Part shown: positions 10,085 through 20,016 of the stretch, in pieces
Numbering within the stretch: position 1 is the stretch's first letter
Layout: each line of letters starts with the position of its first letter
Assembly: GCA_001782165.1 (NCBI GenBank)
Contig: MFNV01000005.1
Location: forward strand, 545 to 64,544
DNA from: Candidatus Levybacteria bacterium RIFCSPHIGHO2_01_FULL_41_15
GTDB taxonomy: Bacteria; Patescibacteriota; Microgenomatia; Levybacterales; UBA12049
Direction: 5' to 3'
DNA length: 64,000 nucleotides
Translations under genes and position numbers: made by a program
The notes under the pieces: generated by a model
Database searches by the model: none
Told to the model about the DNA's origin: nothing
What the model saw: only the letters and a program-made list of their open reading frames with translations

Positions 10085-11142
10085 ATTTTGCTCCAGAGAT
10101 CTGAATAAATATCTGTAATATTACTCCAGTTTTGTTTTTTTACCCATCCAAATCCATTCCCTATCAAATCATTACTAGTCTCATTTTCTCTTAAAAAAAA
10201 TTCTATTTGCTTCGCTAGCCCTTGATGGTTTTTGGATATTGAGATAAATTTAGAAAAGGGAGCCATTTCAAGATAATCTTCTTTTATTGGATTATTGTAA
10301 TGGGCAAAAACTAATTTTTTATAAGCTAATGCTTCCAAGATTCCTAAATATCTAGATGTGAATACGAAATCACACACTCGAAAATATTTATCTGTGTTTT
10401 CTACAAATCCTTTAAATTCCGCATTGATTTTATTACTTTTTGAAAAGGTTTCTGCTTTTCTTCTCAATTTCCCATCACCAAGAATCGTTAATTCAAATTT
10501 TGTTCCTATATTTTTGAGCATTAACAGAGCCTTTAGATATTCCATTATCCCCGTCTCCTCCTCTAGCCTTCCAAGAAATAGTATTTTGTATTTGGAATTT
10601 TTTCTTTTAGATTTATTTGTTATTTGTAATTTGTGATTTGGGGTTTCTACGGCACCGTAGGTGATGTAATCCGGTTTTGTTCCATACCATTTTTTAAGAT
10701 AATCTCCAACGCATATATTTCCGTTTGAGAGTTTTTCTGCGATTTTATGCATAAGTTTTGCTTTAAATCCTGGAATTTTGTTTCCTTCATATCCATGGAA
10801 TGTCGTAAATACTTTTTTTGAAGGATGTAAAAATCTGAACGGGAGATACCAAAAAAATACATCGTGAATATGAACTATGTCTACGTCTCTAACTAAATTC
10901 CTTAATTTCCCAACCTGCCACCAAATTCTAAATTTTTTAAACCAATCATCTCTTCCAGGATTGATCCTAACTATGTTAATTCCTTGAGATTTTCCTTTTG
11001 TTTTTAATTCCTTTGAATATTTTTCCGTTAAAACTGTGATGCTATAACCTTTTTTTATTAAAATTTTTGAAATCTCAAGAACATGCTTCTCTACTCCACC
11101 TATATGGGGATAAAACAATCGGGAGAAAAAAAGAATTTTCAT
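10081..11142 (-). CDS. GT4 family (GT-B fold) glycosyltransferase
   Basis: MKILFFSRLFYPHIGGVEKHV is a typical GT4 N-terminus. The internal ATG at 11142 was chosen over the ORF-track start at 11190 because the track start would overlap the tRNA. The E-x7-E region is present near the C-terminus. Confidence 0.7.
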   Translation of the reverse strand: MKILFFSRLFYPHIGGVEKHVLEISKILIKKGYSITVLTEKYSKELKTKGKSQGINIVRINPGRDDWFKKFRIWWQVGKLRNLVRDVDIVHIHDVFFWYLPFRFLHPSKKVFTTFHGYEGNKIPGFKAKLMHKIAEKLSNGNICVGDYLKKWYGTKPDYITYGAVETPNHKLQITNKSKRKNSKYKILFLGRLEEETGIMEYLKALLMLKNIGTKFELTILGDGKLRRKAETFSKSNKINAEFKGFVENTDKYFRVCDFVFTSRYLGILEALAYKKLVFAHYNNPIKEDYLEMAPFSKFISISKNHQGLAKQIEFFLRENETSNDLIGNGFGWVKKQNWSNITDIYSDLWSKI

Positions 11143-11154
11143 AAAAAAGTGGCG

Positions 11155-11228
11155 TGGCCGATGAGGGATTCGAACCCCCGACTTCTTCAATGTGAATGAA
11201 GCGCTCTAACCAGCTGAGCTAATCGGCC
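11155..11228 (-). tRNA. tRNA-Val (anticodon CAC); no CCA is encoded
   Basis: The reverse complement reads GGCCGAT-TA-GCTC-AGCTGGTTA-GAGC-G-CTTCA-TTCACAT-TGAAG-AAGTC-GGGGG-TTCGAAT-CCCTC-ATCGGCC-A. This gives a 7-bp acceptor stem, a D-arm, a 5-bp anticodon stem with a U33-CAC-A37 loop, and a canonical T-arm GGTTCGAATCC. Confidence 0.75.
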
Positions 11229-11322
11229 ATTGCAAGCGGGTTTTACCTTTAAATCATGCACCCACGAGCATATGTTATCACAGAATACTCTCATTGACAA
11301 AGGAAGCTAAATCTAAGACAAT

Positions 11323-11886
11323 GTGAAATACATGGAAATAGTAAAAAAAATATATCTTTTTATCATTGACATTGCCCAAACGCTTCTTCTTGCCGCAGCT
11401 GTATTTCTTGTTGTTTATGTGTTTTTGTTTCGCCCTTTTCAAGTAAATGGGGACTCGATGTACCCAAATTTTACTGACAGAGAGTATGTTCTTACCAATA
11501 TAATAGCTCTTAATTTCGCGCCACCTAAAAAAAATGAGGTTGTTGTTTTTAAGGCACCACCAGATCCTGAGAAAGACTTTATAAAACGGGTCATTGCTAT
11601 CCCTCAAGACAAAATATCAATCAAGGATGGAAGTGTTTTTCTAAATGGGGAAAAGCTTGATGAATCAAAATACCTAAAACCAGATGTATTAACATACGCA
11701 GGATCGTTTCTTAAAGAAGGACAGGAAATAACAGTTCCTGAGAACAACTACTTTGTAATGGGTGACAATCGGAATTTCAGCTCTGATTCAAGAGAATGGG
11801 GATTTGTAAAAAGAGAAGATATTATCGGGAAATCTTTTTTCGTCTATTGGCCACCTGATAAAATAGGGATCGTTAAGATTCCTTAG
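11323..11886 (+). CDS. lepB: Signal peptidase I (S26A)
   Basis: GDSMYP contains the catalytic Ser. KRVIA carries the Lys. VMGDNRNFSSDSREWG is box E. An N-terminal TM anchor is present. Confidence 0.85.
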   Translation: MKYMEIVKKIYLFIIDIAQTLLLAAAVFLVVYVFLFRPFQVNGDSMYPNFTDREYVLTNIIALNFAPPKKNEVVVFKAPPDPEKDFIKRVIAIPQDKISIKDGSVFLNGEKLDESKYLKPDVLTYAGSFLKEGQEITVPENNYFVMGDNRNFSSDSREWGFVKREDIIGKSFFVYWPPDKIGIVKIP

Positions 11887-12709
11887 CTATTTTAAGAAGA
11901 GCTTCGTAAATTTCTCTTATTTTTGGGGTAGTTTCTTCAATGTCTCCTCTTATTGCAATAACGATACGGGCAAGACTTCTTGACTGATATATTGTGACCT
12001 TATCAAGATCAAGCTTCTTTTCAAGATTTTTTGACATTTCATCAAGTTCAGGAACCCAAAGCCTGTCTGTTTGTGTCCGCGGCTCCTTTTTCTCAACCTC
12101 AATTTTCGTACGTCTTGCCATATCTTCAGTTTGACGAACAGTACTGTTTTCTTTTAGAATCTTCTTAAAAAGATCAAGTATCAGCTTCTGATCGCCTATA
12201 GAAACAAGAGGACGGACATGACCTTCTGTTATAACTCCAGCAACCAGAGCATCTTTGATAGCATCAGGAAGAGAAAGAAGTCTCATTGTATTTGAGACAG
12301 TAGGAGCGCTCTTGCCTACTCTTTTGGCAACCTCATTGGTACCCATGCCAAATTCATCTATGAGTCTTCTGTATGCCAAGGCTCTCTCTATGGGATTTAA
12401 ATCTTCTCTTTGAACATTCTCAACAATTGACATTTCAAGCATTTCCTGAGGAGTTGCATCTTTGATAACAACGGGGACCTTAGGAAGTCCTAAGATCTTT
12501 GCAGCCCTCCATCTTCTTTCTCCTGCTATGATCTGGTATCCTGCTGGAGTCTTTGCTACCACCAACGGCTCAAGAATCCCCTGCTCTCTTATTGAGTCCA
12601 CAAGTTCATTTAAAGATTCAGGGGAAATTACACTACGGGGCTGAAGAGGATTTGCCTGAAGGAAATTTACATCAAGCTCAAACACTTTTTCCTGATTTTG
12701 TTCATCCAT
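11873..12709 (-). CDS. parB: ParB/Spo0J family partition protein
   Basis: The GERRWRAAKILGLPKVPVVIKD ParB box and HTH are present. No parA is adjacent. Confidence 0.85.
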   Translation of the reverse strand: MDEQNQEKVFELDVNFLQANPLQPRSVISPESLNELVDSIREQGILEPLVVAKTPAGYQIIAGERRWRAAKILGLPKVPVVIKDATPQEMLEMSIVENVQREDLNPIERALAYRRLIDEFGMGTNEVAKRVGKSAPTVSNTMRLLSLPDAIKDALVAGVITEGHVRPLVSIGDQKLILDLFKKILKENSTVRQTEDMARRTKIEVEKKEPRTQTDRLWVPELDEMSKNLEKKLDLDKVTIYQSRSLARIVIAIRGDIEETTPKIREIYEALLKIAKES

Positions 12710-12711
12710 AA

Positions 12712-12963
12712 TTAAATCTTTAAAACTTCAATAAATTTCTTGCCTTTTAAGATTTTAAAAGAAACCATTCCGGAATCTAAAGCAAATATAGAATGGTCTT
12801 TCCCTATATCAACTCCCGCTCCCGGGAAAAACTTAGTCCCCCTCTGCCTTACTATAATATTGCCTGGCTTAACTTTATGTCCTTGATAAAGCTTAACGCC
12901 CAGCCGCTTTGCCCTAGAATCTCTGTTTCCTCTAACTGCCCCTTGTGCTTTTGTATGTGCCAT
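12712..12963 (-). CDS. rpmA: 50S ribosomal protein L27
   Basis: [24 protein letters not shown]...[12 protein letters not shown] is the canonical bL27 sequence. Confidence 0.9.
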   Translation of the reverse strand: MAHTKAQGAVRGNRDSRAKRLGVKLYQGHKVKPGNIIVRQRGTKFFPGAGVDIGKDHSIFALDSGMVSFKILKGKKFIEVLKI

Positions 12964-13026
12964 ATTAATCTTGTGAAAAATCTACAATCATTTTATTGCC
13001 AGTCTTTGTCTAAGTCAAGAGCTAAT

Positions 13027-13410
13027 TTAAGAAGTTTTTCCTTTCTTGACAATCTTTTTTAATCGAGATTTCTTGTCTGACTTTTCCATCTTTCCTTGCC
13101 AAGTTATATCCTCGATCATAATTTTTGTAAAGTGCGGACGAAAACTCGCACGCCTTCTGTATCTTGATTTTGATTTGAATTTTCCTACTTTTATCTTTTT
13201 CCCTTTTATTTGATCTACTATCTTTGCCCTCACTTGAGCGTTGGCAACATTGGGTTTTCCTATTTTAATCTCTCCATTGTCTACCAAAAGAAGAACATCA
13301 TTGAAAACAAGTTGATTTTCTTTATCTTGCTCTATATTATCAATCTGAATTATCGATCCCTTACTTACTTTGTACTGTTTGCCTCCGGTTCTTATTACGG
13401 CGTACTGCAT
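13027..13410 (-). CDS. rplU: 50S ribosomal protein L21 with a Lys-rich C-terminal extension
   Basis: MQYAVIRTGGKQYKVSKG is the bL21 N-terminus. The ~25-aa K-rich tail is common in reduced genomes. Confidence 0.9.
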   Translation of the reverse strand: MQYAVIRTGGKQYKVSKGSIIQIDNIEQDKENQLVFNDVLLLVDNGEIKIGKPNVANAQVRAKIVDQIKGKKIKVGKFKSKSRYRRRASFRPHFTKIMIEDITWQGKMEKSDKKSRLKKIVKKGKTS

Positions 13411-13433
13411 AGCTTCCGATTATAGCAGACATT

Positions 13434-14513
13434 CTACTTAATTTCCAGAACTTCCTTCCTTTCAAATTTTTTACTTATGGAAGACAAAAAACCTAAGAGA
13501 ATAAAATTTGATAAAAGGGAGCTTCCTCCATATGAAACAAAAGGAAGAGAAACTCCAACAATCGGCATAAGTCCTATATTCATTCCCACATTCGTAAGAA
13601 ACTCAGTTGAAAGGAGAAAAAAAGAACATACCGCAAATATCCTGAGAAACATGTCGTCTGAATCATTTGAGATAACGATAATTCTGTATAAAAGAAACGA
13701 AAAAGTTAAAACTATAATCAATCCCCCTACAAAGCCTAATTCCTCAGACAGAGTAGCAAAAATAAAATCTGTGTGTCTTTCCGGCAAAAATCTTAAAAGA
13801 GACTGGGTACCTTGCCCTAGGCCTTTTCCTAAAAACATTCCTGATCCCACTGCAATAATAGATTGAATAGCATTATAGGAAGAACCAAGAGGGTCCACCC
13901 TAAACTTAAAAAATATCAAAAGCCTCTCTTTTTGGTAATCTTTAAGAAAAGTCCACAGCAGGGGAAAAAACAGAACACTGGTAAGAGCTGAGAAAATAAA
14001 ATATCTTAATGGGAAAGCGAATGCAAACAGAGTTAAGAGTACAGTAAAAAAATAAATAAGGGCATTACCTAAATCAGGCTGAAGAAAAATAAGAAAAAAT
14101 ATTGGGAAAAGCAAAGCAAGAATAGTAAAAAAAATTTTAAAAGACCGACCGCTTTTTTCTGAAATAAAAACTGCTAAAGAAAGCATAAGAAACGGTTTTA
14201 ATATCTCTGAGAATTGAGCCCTAAATCCCAAAAAATCAATCCATCTTACAGAACCTCTGCTTTCTACTCCCAAAAGAATAACTATAAAAAGAATAAGTAT
14301 CGAGCCGATATAAATAGATAGAGAATAATTTTTAAAATTATAGAGGTTCGCCTGCGAGAAAAAAACAAAACCTAAAAGAGAAACTGCAAAAAAGACAACC
14401 TGAGAACGAAACAATGATAAATTTATTGAAAAAATTCCGGAAAGACCCAAAAATACCAACACAATTGCGGGTATCAAAAGCCCCCAGTCGATTTTAAGAA
14501 AAGAACTTCTCAC
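13434..14513 (-). CDS. rodA: SEDS family peptidoglycan glycosyltransferase (RodA/FtsW family), likely RodA
   Basis: Ten TM helices. The C-terminal motif LPFVSYGGSSLL and the GMNIGLMPIVG region are FtsW/RodA signatures. It is a second SEDS copy outside the dcw cluster. Confidence 0.7.
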   Translation of the reverse strand: MRSSFLKIDWGLLIPAIVLVFLGLSGIFSINLSLFRSQVVFFAVSLLGFVFFSQANLYNFKNYSLSIYIGSILILFIVILLGVESRGSVRWIDFLGFRAQFSEILKPFLMLSLAVFISEKSGRSFKIFFTILALLFPIFFLIFLQPDLGNALIYFFTVLLTLFAFAFPLRYFIFSALTSVLFFPLLWTFLKDYQKERLLIFFKFRVDPLGSSYNAIQSIIAVGSGMFLGKGLGQGTQSLLRFLPERHTDFIFATLSEELGFVGGLIIVLTFSFLLYRIIVISNDSDDMFLRIFAVCSFFLLSTEFLTNVGMNIGLMPIVGVSLPFVSYGGSSLLSNFILLGFLSSISKKFERKEVLEIK

Positions 14514-17317
14514 AAAAGGGAAATTTTAAAGCTGTCTCCTTTTTCAACTTTTTCAACAAGAGCCCTTTTCTTAATATAATCTTCAAAATTTTTTGGAAAG
14601 TAAGGCAATACTACATTCACTTTCTGATCAAGCTTGGTTCCAAGTTTTTTTCTCTCCTCCTGAATCATCCGAACTATATCTCTTGCTTGCCCTTCCTCCT
14701 TAAGTTCGGGAGTTATTTCCGTATCAAGATGCACTTCAAGCTTCCCTTTTCCCAAACTCATTTCAATATTTTTAATATTTACTTCATCCCTGATTACCTT
14801 AAGAATTCCCCCCCTAATTTTTAATTCTGAATTCTTAATTTTTAATTCTTTCAAAGGTTGCCTTACTTTAATCCCTGCCTCTTTTCTCCTGGAGAGCGAA
14901 AGCTCAACAATCTGTCTTGCAACATCCATCTCCCTCTCTAAGTTTTCGTCTACTAATCTCTCATTGTATTTTGGCCAGTATTCCAGATGAACTGACTGCC
15001 TATCTGTAAGGTTTCTATAGATCTCCTCGGACAAAAATGGGGCAATGGGAGCAAGTATCTTTGAGAAGACAATTAAAACTTCATAGCAAGTTTTATAAAA
15101 GCTGCTTTTATCTTCCTTGCTTTCTAATAAAATACCTACCCTACTTCTACTTCTTCTTATATACCAGTTAGAAAAATCCTCAACAAATTTATTAAGTTCT
15201 GAAATTGCAGAAACAGTATCGTAGTTATTCAAATTTTCTGTTATTTTCTTTATGACCTTATTGAGACTAGACAAAATCCATCTGTCTAAAACATTATTGG
15301 ACTTGTTATTTTTCTCAGGTGTCCATTTATCCAAAAGTGCATAGCTTATAAAAAAATTATATATATTCCATAAGGTAAGAATTAATCCTTTAAGCTGATT
15401 CCTGTATTGCTCTTCGGATATCAAAATATCTTCTCCATGCATAACCGGACTACCCATAAGATATAGTCTTAAAGCATCTCCCCCATATTCAAGAAGAAGT
15501 TTCTTGGGATCAGGGTAATTGCCATAGTTTTTGCTCATTTTTCTTCCATCTGTCCCTAGGATTACACCCTCGACAACAACATTCTTAAAAGCATTTGATT
15601 TATACAAAGCGCCTCCTATTATATGAAGCACGTAAAACCAGGCCCTTATTTGACCTGTGTATTCTGCAATAAAATCAGGAGGAAAAAAGTCTGAGAGTTT
15701 CTCTTTTTTATTAAATGGATAATGTCTCTCTGCAAACGATGCAGAACCTGCTTCTATCCAGCTATCTAAGACCTCCGAAACCCTATGAGCGTTTCTCCCA
15801 CATTTCCTACATTTAACCGTTATTTCATCAATTAAAGGCTTGTGTAAGTCTTCAATTTTTTTTTCTGATTCATCCTCTAGTTCTTTTATAGACCTAGGCA
15901 CAAACCTTTGCCCGCATTCACATTCCCAAACAGGAACAGGAGATCCCCAGTATCTATTTCTTGAAATATTCCAGTCTGGCGCATTCTCAAGGCTCTTTAA
16001 AAATCTTCCGTATTTAAAATGTTTTGGAAACCAGTTAACTTTTTCGTTGGTTTTTTTAAGAAGGGTTTTTAACCCTTGCACATTAACATACCATGCGTCT
16101 ATGGGAGAATAGTAAAGACGAGTATGGCATCTCCAACAGAGAGCTACACTATGTTTTTCTCTCTTGTCACTATAGATTAAGCCTCTTTTTTTTAAATCTT
16201 CATTGACTGCCTTATTTGCGGCAAGATAATACATTCCGCCGAATTTTGGCACATTAGAAAAAATATTTCCTTCTTCATCTAGATGTTTTTCTATATGAAT
16301 TTTCTGTTCTTGCATCACCTTTAAATCTTCTTCTCCATATACAGCAATTGTTACAGCTCCTGTGCCTTCTTCGGATGACACAAAATTTCCTCCAACTATT
16401 TCAAACATCTTTTCTCCGGGTTCTGCCGGATAGTAATCGTAATGGGGCTCAAACTTCTCTCCCACAAGATCTTTACCCTCAAACTCGCTTATAATCTCGT
16501 AGGGTTTGTTTCCAAGCATTTTAATCCTCGATTTGGCAAGAATAAAGAACTCTCCCTCTTGTTTAACTTTTAAATAGGTGAGCTTGGGATTAACGGCAAG
16601 AGCGGGGGTTACGATTTTATTCCAGGGGGTAGTCGACCAAGCAAGGATAAATGTATTCTCTTCATTTCTAAGTTTATACTTATATACCGTGGTCGGGTCT
16701 TCAACGTCTTTATAGTTATCGGCATCCATAGCAACCTCAAAATTTGAAATTGGCGTTGCGCAATGAGGACAGTAAAGGGTAACCCGAAGCCCTTTATAAA
16801 CATATCCCTTATCATACATTTGTTTGAAGACCCACATAACCGATTCCATGTAATCTTTGTCCCATGTTTTGTAAGCATTTTTAAAATCGACCCACCTGCC
16901 GATATGCTCGACGTACCATTCCCATTCTTCTGATACCTCATTAACATATTTTCTGCATTCATCGATAAATTTTTCAATTCCTATCTTGTCCTCTATGTCT
17001 TTTTTTCTTTTTATATTAAGTTTTTCTTCAACCTTGTTCTCAGTTGGAAGTCCGTGGCCGTCCCATCCCCAAACTCTTCTTACTCTATAGCCCTTCATCG
17101 TCATAAACCTTGCGAAGACATCCTTTGGAATGCTTGAGAGAAGCGAACCATAGTGGGGAACTCCAGTTACAAAGGGAGGGCCATCAAGAAACGTCCACTT
17201 CTTCTCCTCGGGTCTTGATTCTATAGATTTTTCAAATATTTTATTTTTTTTCCAATATTTAAGAATTTCTTCCTCCATTTGGGGAAAATTTACATTGGGA
17301 TTTACGGGTTTAAACAT
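14510..17317 (-). CDS. ileS: Isoleucine--tRNA ligase, type 2 (eukaryote/archaeal-like)
   Basis: PPFVTGVPHYGSLL is a HIGH-region variant of type-2 IleRS. KMSKNYGN is the KMSKS motif. WNISRNRYWGSPVPVW and CP-zinc knuckles (CPHCATP, CWRCHT) are present. Length is 935 aa. Confidence 0.8.
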   Translation of the reverse strand: MFKPVNPNVNFPQMEEEILKYWKKNKIFEKSIESRPEEKKWTFLDGPPFVTGVPHYGSLLSSIPKDVFARFMTMKGYRVRRVWGWDGHGLPTENKVEEKLNIKRKKDIEDKIGIEKFIDECRKYVNEVSEEWEWYVEHIGRWVDFKNAYKTWDKDYMESVMWVFKQMYDKGYVYKGLRVTLYCPHCATPISNFEVAMDADNYKDVEDPTTVYKYKLRNEENTFILAWSTTPWNKIVTPALAVNPKLTYLKVKQEGEFFILAKSRIKMLGNKPYEIISEFEGKDLVGEKFEPHYDYYPAEPGEKMFEIVGGNFVSSEEGTGAVTIAVYGEEDLKVMQEQKIHIEKHLDEEGNIFSNVPKFGGMYYLAANKAVNEDLKKRGLIYSDKREKHSVALCWRCHTRLYYSPIDAWYVNVQGLKTLLKKTNEKVNWFPKHFKYGRFLKSLENAPDWNISRNRYWGSPVPVWECECGQRFVPRSIKELEDESEKKIEDLHKPLIDEITVKCRKCGRNAHRVSEVLDSWIEAGSASFAERHYPFNKKEKLSDFFPPDFIAEYTGQIRAWFYVLHIIGGALYKSNAFKNVVVEGVILGTDGRKMSKNYGNYPDPKKLLLEYGGDALRLYLMGSPVMHGEDILISEEQYRNQLKGLILTLWNIYNFFISYALLDKWTPEKNNKSNNVLDRWILSSLNKVIKKITENLNNYDTVSAISELNKFVEDFSNWYIRRSRSRVGILLESKEDKSSFYKTCYEVLIVFSKILAPIAPFLSEEIYRNLTDRQSVHLEYWPKYNERLVDENLEREMDVARQIVELSLSRRKEAGIKVRQPLKELKIKNSELKIRGGILKVIRDEVNIKNIEMSLGKGKLEVHLDTEITPELKEEGQARDIVRMIQEERKKLGTKLDQKVNVVLPYFPKNFEDYIKKRALVEKVEKGDSFKISLL

Positions 17318-17378
17318 AAAATTAATTCTAGCTTAAAATGGAGTTGACTTCAAGAATACCTAATATTTTAAGAATGAT

Positions 17379-17966
17379 TTAGTGAGTTTGATAATAGAAT
17401 GGTTCATTACCCTTCTTCCACTTAATATTGCATCCTATGCTTGGTTTTTGAATAGGGTTAACTCGTCTATCCTCAAAAATTGAATCTATTGCGGATTTTA
17501 AATCCTTTCCTGTAACAGGTACGCCGTTTCCCGGTCTTGAATCATCAAGTTGCCCTCGGTAAACCAATTTTCTATCTTTATCAAAGAGAAAAAAATCCGG
17601 AGTACACGCGGCAGTATATGCTTTTGCTGTTTTTTGAGACTCATCATAGCAATATGGAAATGCAAAACCTAGATCTTGCGCCATCTCTTTTAAGCTTTCT
17701 GGCGCATCCTCCGGGTACAAACTTGCATCATTTGCGCTTATCGCAACAATTCCTATATCTTTATCTTTATAACCATGTCCAATTTCTGCTATTTCTTCCC
17801 TCACGTGCTGGACATACGGACAATGCCTGGAGATAAACATCACCAAAAATGCCTTTTTGTCTTTAAAAGTTTTAAGAGAAATCAAATTCCCCGATACAAC
17901 ATCTTTTAAACTAAAATCGAAAGCTTTTGTTCCCAACTCAAGCATAGTGGAAGGTGTAACAGCCAT
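17379..17966 (-). CDS. Thioredoxin-fold redoxin (AhpC/TSA-like thiol-disulfide oxidoreductase)
   Basis: FISRHCPYV carries a single active-site Cys in a redoxin-like context. The secondary-structure pattern fits the Trx fold. Confidence 0.6.
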   Translation of the reverse strand: MAVTPSTMLELGTKAFDFSLKDVVSGNLISLKTFKDKKAFLVMFISRHCPYVQHVREEIAEIGHGYKDKDIGIVAISANDASLYPEDAPESLKEMAQDLGFAFPYCYDESQKTAKAYTAACTPDFFLFDKDRKLVYRGQLDDSRPGNGVPVTGKDLKSAIDSIFEDRRVNPIQKPSIGCNIKWKKGNEPFYYQTH

Positions 17967-17974
17967 ATCCCTGA

Positions 17975-18409
17975 TTATATCATTTTGTCTAATTTATGGG
18001 CTTGGTCGAGGCTTTCTTCGTCAAATTTTGTCAAAAACCAGACATCAATTATCTCTTTTGCAACTTGTTCAGAGGTCGCTCTAAGACTCATACATAAAAC
18101 ATTTGCGTCATCCCATTTCCTAGCAAGTCTTGTAGTTTCAGAATCCCAGCACGAAGCTGCCCTAATGCCTTTTACTTTATTTGCCGCCATACAAATCCCT
18201 GTTCCGCTCCAACAAAACAGAATCCCCTGATCAACTTTTGCTTTTGAAACTAATTCAGCAGCTTCTATACCGATATCAACCCATTTCCATTTCTTCCTTT
18301 TATCGATCAGGTCTCCTAAATAAGTAAGCTTATGACCTTTATCTTTAAGATATTTAATAACAAAATCCGTAAGACCTGTTCTCTCATCGCTTGCGACCAC
18401 AATTTTCAT
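17975..18409 (-). CDS. rpiB: Ribose-5-phosphate isomerase B (RpiB/LacAB family)
   Basis: MKIVVASD...ILFCWSGTGICMAANKVKGIRAA is the canonical RpiB core with the catalytic Cys. Confidence 0.8.
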   Translation of the reverse strand: MKIVVASDERTGLTDFVIKYLKDKGHKLTYLGDLIDKRKKWKWVDIGIEAAELVSKAKVDQGILFCWSGTGICMAANKVKGIRAASCWDSETTRLARKWDDANVLCMSLRATSEQVAKEIIDVWFLTKFDEESLDQAHKLDKMI

Positions 18410-18448
18410 AGGAACTTTATTCCAAAACTATAAAAACGTTTAAACCAT

Positions 18449-18874
18449 TTATTTTAATTTCTTCCACATGAAGATATAAGGTTTTTTTCTTGTTTGATAA
18501 CCTCGCTTAAAATAATATTTCTGGAGTTCTTTCTTTTTAGAATCTACGAAAAATCCTATCTCCTTGGCTTTACTTTTGCAGGCACTATCTTCAGCGTACT
18601 CTAGAAGTTTTGTCCCAACACCTTTATTCCTATGATCCTTTCTAACAGCCAGACGAAAAAGTAAGCTAACCTCTGATCCATGAGGAGAAATAATTATGTT
18701 TCCAATAACTTTATTATCAACAACTGCAACCAATATTGATTTTGGATTTTTCTTTATTATTGAATTAAAATTCTCCTTACTGTCCCACAGAGAGTCAAAC
18801 ATATCTGCTTCTTGAAGAATAGATTTAATGAAGGGGTAATCGGACTCTACATAGGGTCTTATTTGAAATTGCAT
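18449..18874 (-). CDS. GNAT family N-acetyltransferase
   Basis: RLAVRKDHRNKGVGTKLLE is the acetyl-CoA binding motif A (R/Q-x-x-G-x-G/A). Confidence 0.75.
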   Translation of the reverse strand: MQFQIRPYVESDYPFIKSILQEADMFDSLWDSKENFNSIIKKNPKSILVAVVDNKVIGNIIISPHGSEVSLLFRLAVRKDHRNKGVGTKLLEYAEDSACKSKAKEIGFFVDSKKKELQKYYFKRGYQTRKKPYIFMWKKLK

Positions 18875-19131
18875 AACCAGATTATATCAAACAAGAGTTT
18901 ATTAATCATTAAAGTTGGAGGTTGTTAAAGTTGGAGGTTGAACCTTGATTATCCTACTGTTGTAATCTAAGCCCTGCTTAGTTTCTCTGTCTTAGGAATG
19001 CGGGGATGTCTAAGTCAAACATTGTTCTCAGCTTCAATTCTTACTAAAAACACCTGATAAGAATATAGACTTTTTAAGATAAAAGGTCAAGAGACTGAAG
19101 AATTTACGTGATTTTGTAAGGTAAATTTACT

Positions 19132-19554
19132 CTAGTAAAGGGAAAAATATAAAAGAGGAAGTCCAACCCAAGGCAAAAAAGATGTTATATAATATAAGGC
19201 GTTCTTTTTCATTAAATCAGGGTCAACTTTTCTACCATGTTTTATTTCCCACAACAAGTCCGGCAACCTTCCTGCCATAATAATTAAAGCTACAGCTAAA
19301 ACACCTATATTCCAAAAGTGAAATAAAGCATAAGAGAAGGCTATAATAAGAACTAGAGCTATAATATTTATAGCTTTATCTGCTTTTTTAGATTTTGCAA
19401 TTTCTTTTTTTAGAAAATCATGCTCTGTTTCTTTTTCAAGTTTATCAAGCTCTGGATTTGTGAACAGTCCCCTAACCAACAGACCCAAAAGGTTTACGCT
19501 TGCATACATCAGTATTAAGAAAAATACGATAGTTATTAAGATGTTAACCAACAT
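19132..19554 (-). CDS. Hypothetical membrane protein (4 TM)
   Basis: ORF with a hydrophobic helix pattern. First gene of the putative integrated element. Confidence 0.3.
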   Translation of the reverse strand: MLVNILITIVFFLILMYASVNLLGLLVRGLFTNPELDKLEKETEHDFLKKEIAKSKKADKAINIIALVLIIAFSYALFHFWNIGVLAVALIIMAGRLPDLLWEIKHGRKVDPDLMKKNALYYITSFLPWVGLPLLYFSLY

Positions 19555-19614
19555 AATTTTTTTATACTCTTTTTATGGTCAAAAAGCAATTTCGGTAAAT
19601 GCTACAATATCAAT

Positions 19615-19998
19615 ATGTCAAAACTTTCGCCGGATGAGAAATGGAAAAGGTTTAATCAAAAACTTGAGGAGTTAATGAAATCTAATGACTTTTATGGGCT
19701 GGGGGTAGTTTATCAAGAGATGGCTAACTTCTTGGATAAAGAAGGTAAAAGTTCAAAAGAAATACGAGATAAAGCCTACAAGATGAAACTTCAGCATCAA
19801 CAAGATTATATTAAAAGTTTAATAAATTCTCAGGTTGCTAAAGGCGTTGAGATACTCTGTGCTGTTGACAGTTGTGAAAGTTGCAAAGCATTAGACGGAA
19901 AAACATTTGATTTCAAGAAAGCTTTAGATAGCTCACCTCTACCAAAAAGAGAGTGTAAACATAAATACGGGTGTAGGTGCACTTATCTTCCTCTGTAG
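19615..19998 (+). CDS. Hypothetical protein with a C-terminal Cys cluster (possible zinc-binding)
   Basis: C-x2-C...C-x5-C-x-C at the C-terminus. No recognised family. Confidence 0.3.
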   Translation: MSKLSPDEKWKRFNQKLEELMKSNDFYGLGVVYQEMANFLDKEGKSSKEIRDKAYKMKLQHQQDYIKSLINSQVAKGVEILCAVDSCESCKALDGKTFDFKKALDSSPLPKRECKHKYGCRCTYLPL

Positions 19999-20016
19999 AA
20001 GTGATATAATATAAGT

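Noticed and set aside
11150-11157. Possible encoded CCA end for the tRNA-Val
   Set aside because: After the discriminator the sequence reads CGCCA rather than CCA, so the CCA is probably added post-transcriptionally. It is not called as part of the tRNA.
18925-18960. Short tandem duplication aaagttggaggttg x2 downstream of the GNAT gene, considered as a possible att site or tRNA fragment
   Set aside because: Only two copies. No tRNA-like T-arm or acceptor features nearby. It cannot be distinguished from chance duplication in intergenic DNA.
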